A stretch of DNA of 64,000 bases from Octopus vulgaris (taxonomy: Eukaryota), in contig OX597817.1 of the NCBI GenBank assembly GCA_951406725.2, positions 63,860,001 to 63,924,000 of the forward strand, read 5' to 3'. Each line of letters begins with the position of its first letter. Positions within the stretch are counted from its first letter, which is position 1. The translations under genes and the position numbers were made by a program. Shown here piece after piece: positions 56,116 through 64,000 of this stretch. A model generated the notes under the pieces. That model did not search any database and was not told the DNA's origin. It saw only the letters and a program-made list of their open reading frames with translations.

Positions 56116-57131
56116 CATACTCCCAACTACATCATACAAAATCCTTTTATCCTTCCTACTACATTAAGTACAATTGCTTTATTCTCCCAACTGCATAATA
56201 TACGCAGACGCAGTATGGACGAATGGTTAAGAAGATCGCTTCCTAACCATGCAACCCTGGGTTCGATATCGCTGGGTGGCAACTTGGAGATGGGTCATTT
56301 TCTATAGCTTCTGGTCAACCCATACTTTGTGACAGAAATAGGGCAGACGGAAACTGAGTAGAATCCCGTAGGATTGTTTGTTCTTGTAATTCGCAGCGTA
56401 CAGCTTTGTCCTATACTGTGTCATTCAGATTATGATTATACCAGAGAATTACGTTAAGAGTATTCGTGTTTGTCATATTCTTGGTCACTTACACCTCAAT
56501 TCAGGAGCAGGTAAATCATTTAATTGAACAACTGAATCCTCTTCGTTGAACTACGAGGATACTTCAACACTAATACTGCTACAGGATGTATATTTCTTTG
56601 GTACACCATGCCACATTATATAAAAATCCCTTTACATTGGCTGCTACATCATATATATAATTCATTTATACTTACAGCTATATCCATAAACAATTCATGT
56701 ATACTCTCAAAGAGATCATGCTAGATGTGTGCATGTGTGTGTGTGAGCGCACGCGTATGCTTGTGTGTGCACACGCCTGTGTGTGTACACGCCTGTGTAT
56801 GTGGATACACGTGTGTGTGTGTGTGCGTGTTCACACGCTTGTGTATGTGCACACGCTTGTGTGCATGTGTAAATTTAATACCTGGGTTATCCTTCAATTA
56901 CATAAGAGCTAAAATTTTCCAGATCTTCAGATAATGAAATCAAATTTACTTCTTCAAGCATATTAAAATGCTAGACTCAAAATCAAGATAACTTTCTTGT
57001 CTTTCTTTCTCTAAATTAACTGTTGAACCGAAATTCCTGTAGATCTGAAAACAGTAGCTTTTTCTTTTATTTTTTTTAAAATATAGCTGGAAAATAATCC
57101 CGTTATTTAATTTATATATTATCCTCAACCG

Positions 57132-57342
57132 GGGTGCGGAGAGCTGGCAGAATCTTTAGCACGCCGGACAAGTTGCTTAAGGGCATTTCTTCTGCCACTC
57201 TAGGTTCGAATTCCGTTGAGATTGACTTTACCTCTCAGCCTTTTGGTGTCGATAAAATAAGTACCAGCCAGGGGTCGATATAATTGACTTACCCTTTCCC
57301 CCTCAAAATTGCTAGCCTTTTGTCAAAATTTAAAAGAATTAT
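57132..57342 (+). mobile_element. SINE family A (decayed)
   Basis: gagctggcagaatc.ttagcacgccgg..gtcgataaaataagtaccag..ggggtcgat. Confidence 0.8.
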
Positions 57343-57499
57343 TCTCAATTACTTGATTTGCTTTTACCATCTATAAATGTGAGTAATAGTAGGTATATCA
57401 ACTTCTAGAACAAAGGAGAGTATATATTTTACTAGGGATAAATCAAGGTACATCTCCTCGCAGTATCCTTCGCTATTTCATTTCTGTAGCACGATTTCT

Positions 57500-58382
57500 T
57501 TGAGCGTATAAATGACTTATATATGGATATAGTAGGAAGAATATAACCTTATACTACGTATTCCATCCATCCAAGACTTGACAATTGTCTCGAACACCTC
57601 AACGCATTAATTCTAAGATCCTATGGAAACATGTGAGATGGCATGACATGACCTTCATGACCAACCACTTCTAAAACCCGTCACAGTTGCTGGAGGTTTA
57701 GTGTGCATCACTCTGGAGACATTAGAAGAGTCTTCGCGTAACTCTCTGTCATTTCTTCCGTTAGACTTTTGGTGTTGGTTGAAGTTTTTCTCGTCAAAGA
57801 ACTAAAGCATGCCATGTTCACGAGGCTTGAAACTGATCAAACAGTTTTTCTGTGTTCTTGCAGGTATGAATTGGCCTCTCTTCAATACATATGGCTTGTA
57901 TCGAATTTCCTCGAGCACCACAGTTTTGACTGACCACACCAATACCTGAAGTTCTTTGGTTTTCCGGGATCATCAACGATAATGTTTTGAACCCGTTGAA
58001 TGAATTACGGGTTCCTTATAGTATTCGTATGTTTAAAACGTTTTTTCTCTTCGATAAACCGAAACATTCCCACCAGTGGCTTTCACTTCCATCCGAACTT
58101 TGTGTACAAAAGACCTTGCAGCATGTAGAAAGTTAGCAATTTCTAAATCGCTAGGTTCTGCATAAAAGGCATCAATGACTGTATGTCTTTTCGTTTCCTG
58201 TATTAGCATTTTTCTGCTATAGGAGACTTCAAAAAAATTAAAATGTTTCAATGGATTTGAAGAGTGTAATATACCAATATTTAAGCGTCCTCTCTCCACA
58301 TATATATAATCCCATAGTGCTAAATCGAACTGCGACAATGCAACAGTTAATCAATGTTTAAACGCCTTATTTAATCCTTGTA
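57500..58382 (-). mobile_element. Second maT/DD37D-like transposon relic (5' half)
   Basis: QETKRHTVI..SDLEIANFLHAARSFVHKVRME, FFDEKNFNQ, VMHTKPPATV and IVKSWMD. The terminus tacaaggattaaataaggcgtttaaa loosely resembles the TIR at 9245-9272. Confidence 0.75.
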
Positions 58383-58395
58383 TATCTAAATTTTA

Positions 58396-58690
58396 AGGCG
58401 CAGGAGTGACTGTGTGGTAAGTAGCTTGCTTACCAACCACATGGTTCCGGGTTCAGTCCCACTGCGTGGCACCGTGGGCAAGTGTCTTCTGCTATAGCCT
58501 CGGGCCGACCGAAAAAAAGACAGAAACTGCTGGTTTGTTCTCGTCCTTGTAACGTAGCTGTCCCGCAAAAAAAAACCAATAGAATTCGCACCAGGCTTTA
58601 AAAAATAAGTACTAAAGTGGATATGTTCGACTAAACCCTTCAAGGCGGTGCCCCAGCATGGCTGCAGTCCAATGACAAAAACAAGTAGTA
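58396..58690 (+). mobile_element. SINE family C, internally deleted
   Basis: aggcgcaggagtgactgtgtggtaagtagcttgc..ggttcagtcccactgcgtggcacc..ggcggtgccccagcatggctgcagtc. Confidence 0.85.
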
Positions 58691-59039
58691 ATAGATGACC
58701 CTAACACTTCCCGTTTCCGACTACCTGTTGTAGAAGACACTTGCCCAAGGTGCGGTGATTGAGAAACTGACTTCTTAACTACGCCGCAATACCTGCGCCT
58801 ATATGATTGAAAATTCAGCAGAACCAACAACAGTAGCGCAACAGCAACCAGAAAGCTGCACCAACAAAAACAATATCAGCAACAACGAAAATAACAGCAG
58901 TTCAGCAACAAAAACAAGCAAACAAAGAAACAGCAGAACTAACAGCAGCAATGACATGCAGCAGCAAAAAGAAGCTCTGAGGCAATAACACCAGGATCTT
59001 CACCTAAATCAAAAAATATCTACCCTGTCTCCACCTTCG

Positions 59040-59940
59040 TTTCAGACTTCTCCGTCTCTACCTTTACTTTCCTCTTCAAATGAAATTTGAAAACAAAATG
59101 AATAAGGATTTAACAGAAGAAGGGTCTGTCTTCAGTCTTTAGTTTTTTCAGTCATGCCACCACACTAGGGACTTTCGCTAGAGCCTCCAAACAGAAGAAA
59201 ACTCCCACATATCCCTGGCCAAAAAGGCAATGGGTGGTCTTCCACGATCGTCTCGCCTGTTAGCTTAGCAGATACCATCCTACATGCGTTAGCAGCTATT
59301 CAACAAAACAAATCAACTGTTCGAATACTGAACGAGTGCGTTCAAAACAGTTTCGTTGGTCAGCGCACATTACGAGTAGGCTTAGCCGATGTCACATCCA
59401 GGCCAGAGAATTTGTTCCGAACCGGCAAAGTCTCTCGACAGCACTGCCAAGCCAGATATTTCTCGAATTTATCCAGTCTCCGGACCAAAAGTTCTTGGAG
59501 ACATACCAAGTTGATTCGAATCGACGCCTAAAATTTCCCTGAGAAAGTTCCTACCACTAGTCATCTATAGAATACTATTTCTGAAGTTCCACCAGTAGCA
59601 TTGCCTGACTAGCAGGGGGTTGCGAGTACCTAATTTCGGATGCAAGTGCCCACTTTTCGTCTTGCCTTGACCCAGAACTGTAATACCGTCAAATGAGAAA
59701 ATGTGGATGGCAAAGAGTGACCTTCATCACGTTTTGAATTTGGTTAGGCAGCGATGGCAAAGCTTTTTAGCCTGGCGTGTCGACATTTCATTGTCGAAGT
59801 CTTACTTAAGTTCTATATACGTATTTTAGTTTGCGGCTAATTTTTTCATAATATGACTTTGGAGAAAGATGCTTTTTCAAAGTCCGTCACGTGTCACTAA
59901 AGCTCTTACTGCGTGTCATAGTTTCGCTATCACTGGTCTA
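59040..59940 (-). mobile_element. Tx1/L1-clade LINE ORF2 C-terminal (zf-RVT-like) remnant
   Basis: Minus frame LDKFEKYLAWQCCRETLPVRNKF matches the W...R..LPxxxxL pattern that precedes the L1/Tx1 CCHC finger. Many stops. Confidence 0.6.
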
Positions 59941-60609
59941 TAATATTAATATCTATGCATGTAACAAAAGTGTCGAGTCAGATATCAGAACAGCACTACT
60001 GTATGCGTCTTCATTGAACTCTCTAGAATACGTAACTGACCAGATCTGGAGTATTTTCTAGTTCAAAAGTAAGAGGATAAACTTTGGAATGCATTTTATA
60101 AATGCTGGACCGTCAAGAAAGAGATTTAACTGCGTGTTGTTTGGGAGGAGAGAAAGTGAAATCTTAAGGCTAAAACTTTTAAGACAGTGATGAGTGTCGG
60201 TTTAGTAGTAATGGAACAAGGTTTAACTTCCTGATATTGTTGTTCAGTCACATGTCACTCCTGATCATAATGATCTGTATAATCAGAGGTATCCTCCCTT
60301 GACCGTCCAGCCTGTTTTTCTTGTTTTTTTAACATAATTTATCTAGTGTTACACTTATTTAATGTATTCTTGGATGTTTGAATGTGAAGGAGATTTGGCT
60401 GCTATTTCTAGCAGCTCGAGCAAAGCCTGTCCTAATATGTCTTGTTTTCAGGTCTCTTATGAATGAATATATCATCAAGTTGTACTTATTGTGAGTTTTA
60501 GCAAAAACAAAAAAATAAACATTTTTTACATTCTTGTTCCCGAAGAATTCTCGTGGCAGTTTTGTTTCTGAGTATATATGTATATATGTATGCATGCATG
60601 CATGTATAC

Positions 60610-60644
<35 letters not shown>

Positions 60645-60781
60645 CATATTTGTATGTTTATATGTATATGAGTGTACGTGTGTGTGTGTATGAATAAAAG
60701 TAAACGTACGCATGTATGTGTGCGTGCGTGCGAGCAAATTTTACATAATACGTGTATATGTACATGCGAATATATATATAT

Positions 60782-60850
<69 letters not shown>

Positions 60851-61054
60851 TACGTGTATGCATGTATAACCAAGCTGCATGTGTTTATCTTCAACAGCAA
60901 CACTTTCGGTTTTTGCTGTTACTTGGTTTCCTTATCGCCATCTATCTCCTTTTTGTTGTTCTTCCGTATCCCCCTCTTATGCACTTTCCGCTCTCTTTCT
61001 TTCTCCTGGGTTTTCATTCTTTCTTTCACACTCTCTCTCTCTCTCTCTCTCTCT

Positions 61055-61108
<54 letters not shown>

Positions 61109-61179
61109 ATGTATATATGTATATGTATATATGCATATGTATATATGTGTGTATATATATATGTGTGTATATACATATT

Positions 61180-61230
<51 letters not shown>

Positions 61231-61377
61231 TTATATAACGTCTGTCTATATCAATGTTTGCATTGTGCTCAAACAACTGAATATACTCAAGTAAATATAC
61301 ATATGTAGTTATAACTATAAATAGATATACAAAACTACCCCCACACACTCATATACACACACACCACGTGAGCATTG

Positions 61378-61409
<32 letters not shown>

Positions 61410-61513
61410 GCGCGCGCACATATATGTGTATATGTATGCGTACGTATGTATGTATATACATGCATATACGCAATATATATATATATACTAGAAAGAGCAG
61501 CTAAACTCCAAAC

Positions 61514-61617
<104 letters not shown>

Positions 61618-61855
61618 AATATTTTGAGAAAACAAATTTCCAAATCAATCAGGGACAACCCTTCAGCGTTATAGGCATCTACATATCATATTTTGGGGTC
61701 TTATTTATCGTATATTTATATATTTATCTATACATATAAGTATCTGATAAAAGTCAATATTTAATTTTTTTGTTATTCAATATTCAATTTTTTAGGTTAT
61801 TTATGTATTATCTGAAATAGAATACCCGCATATTGATTAATCCAAAAAGAATTGA

Positions 61856-61895
<40 letters not shown>

Positions 61896-62567
61896 ACCGT
61901 CAGACCTTGGCAATTTCTGTTTTATCCCAAAAGAAATTAAGGGGTGAGGGTTCTTTGGAATTTTGGGGAATTTAAAACGAGCGTTTCAGAGGGTCTCCTT
62001 ACAGTTCATGTAATCTACTAAAAGCTCGCCCTTTCACAACGTTTCAGTTTTTCATTTTTACATTTTTCATTTTTCATTTTTTATTTTTCATTTTTTTTTT
62101 TTTTCAATTTTCATTTATCGTTTTTAGTTTCTCGATCGCTAATTGCTAACTTCTCAATTGACTCGTTCTTCTACCTGTTTATTTCTCCTGTCATGTTCGC
62201 AAGTGCCTTGACCCATACTAACTTCCCTTAACTTAGCGTCCTTGTTTCATTTTGATACTACACTTCACTTTCCCCTTTCACCTTCCCAACCTAAGGTCGA
62301 GTATTGGGTTGACAGATTAGGGACTTTCCTTCTACGCATGTAACTCTTATTTTCTTGAAATTATCTCACCTCTTATGCGGGTTTTTTATCTCTATGCAAA
62401 AGATAAATCTTAATTAGGAAATTTTGCATACATTTAGTACATCTTCCTTTAATTTTTCTATAGATAGATTATTTAGTTTATATACTTTTACGGAACTAAA
62501 TTTTAATGTAAATGGCGGAAGTCAGAGGAAATGTTGAAAAATCACTCTTGTTGGCAGGAGGTTTATC

Positions 62568-62589
62568 GTTGTTGTTTTTGTTGTTGTTG

Positions 62590-62625
<36 letters not shown>

Positions 62626-62695
62626 TCGTCGTTGTTGTTGTTGTTGTTCTTATTCTTGTTCTTGTTGTTGTTGTTGTGGTGGTGGTGGTGGTTGT
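62568..62695. repeat. Compound (TTG)n/(CTG)n/(TGG)n trinucleotide tract
   Basis: Direct inspection. Confidence 0.95.
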
Positions 62696-62811
62696 TTAAC
62701 TCAAAACACTGCCGAAATACTTCCATAATTTTTTTTCACAGACTTCTTAATTGTACTGGAATGGAGCTTGATTTATATGATTTGGTAATACTTCCCATGT
62801 TGTTATTAATT

Positions 62812-63040
62812 TCAGGCGTAAGGTAGCGAACAGACACAAACATTAGCGCTCCCAACCAAATGCTTAACGGTATTTCTTTCCCCGCGTTACGTTCTAATTC
62901 AAATTCTGCCGAGGTCAATTTTGCCTTTCATTGTTGCAGGGATCGATATAAAAAAAAAAGTAAAAACTGACCACTGGGGTCGAGGTAGTGACTGATGCCC
63001 TTCCCCTAAAAATTGCTTGCCTTGTGTCAAAATTATTGAT
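62812..63040 (+). mobile_element. SINE family A (decayed)
   Basis: ttacgttctaattcaaattctgccgaggtcaattttgcctttcat..cactggggtcga. Confidence 0.75.
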
Positions 63041-63802
63041 TTCAGTCGTGATCATAAAAGCGAAATTCAACTTCGTGAAAATTATTTCTTTCACAATCCT
63101 GTCACAACAGCAGTCAGTTTAATGGGTGTTTTTGTTAATTACAACAGATAAAAAACAATGTTGTGTTAGGTTCACATAATTATAAAGAAAATTTTTCAAA
63201 CTATATATATATATAACAATATGTCTATTTAAGCTATTTTCTATGTTTTCACTCCCATATTCTCTTTTACTGTGCCTAGGGAGAGTCATTATGCCACTTT
63301 TATTAACACACGCACTGGTTCAATTCTATTCCTTTATTATTGGTCAAATGGTTTAAATATCCAACTAACTAATAGATTGTTTATCTAATTTAGTTAAACA
63401 GTAAATAATTTGTTTTGTCTTTGTTTGTCAAAGCTGTTTCGTTGCGACTTGCAATCTTTTCAATGACTTTCTCTTTTGTATTATCTCGCCCTCATTCACT
63501 CATATCCTCTCACTTTCACGTTATTTCTTACGATTTTTCTCTTTTCGTATTTTAATTCTATTTCATTTATTCATTATCATTCTCACTCTCTCAACTCTCT
63601 CTCTCTCTCTCTCAAACGCGTGCACACACACACACTCACGCGCGCGCGCATGTGGAGGGGGGGTGAGAGAGAAAATAAAATTATAAGGGGATAAGAAATT
63701 ATATCATGAACTTCATTAGCTTACAGCTGTTTCAGCTATAAGGTTTAATGCAAAAATAGTTGAGTGCTTGTGTACAAGCCTGTAGCTTCACTGAAGATTT
63801 AA

Positions 63803-63847
<45 letters not shown>

Positions 63848-64000
63848 TGTGTGTGTGTGTAGCATACACCTAACTCTATAAGTATGTGCATGCATGTAGG
63901 TAAAAGCATATATCTATATACAGCTATAAGCTAAACTTGTGAGTGTAAACAAACATTTTTCAAACATTTGCAGTAAAGCACTCTTGTGAGAGAGTTATTT

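Overview
AT-rich, extremely microsatellite- and SINE-dense animal genomic DNA. The SINE families and repeat landscape look like an octopus (coleoid cephalopod) genome; this is an inference from recognition, not a search. The only well-supported host gene is a spliced minus-strand GH18 chitinase-like gene. It has six confident coding exons between 17122 and 2893, a 50-nt upstream exon at 17583-17632 and a candidate first exon near 19469-19562; its last exon(s) were not found and probably lie left of the window. The protein has lost the DxxDxDxE catalytic motif (FDGIELSVNNP), the SxGGW motif, several binding-cleft tryptophans and one cysteine of each conserved disulfide, so it looks like a highly derived pseudo-enzyme with an ambiguous N-terminus. 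The rest of the window is decayed mobile DNA: tRNA-derived SINEs (monomers, dimers and nested copies with TSDs), R4/Dong-type RLE retrotransposon 3' ends in microsatellites, RTE and Tx1/L1 fragments, two maT/DD37D-like transposon relics and an internally deleted Helitron. There are also several Penelope-type minimal hammerhead ribozyme motifs, one of them fused behind a tRNA-like Pol III head. Almost all ORFs in the supplied track are microsatellite artefacts. No prokaryotic features or CRISPR arrays are present.
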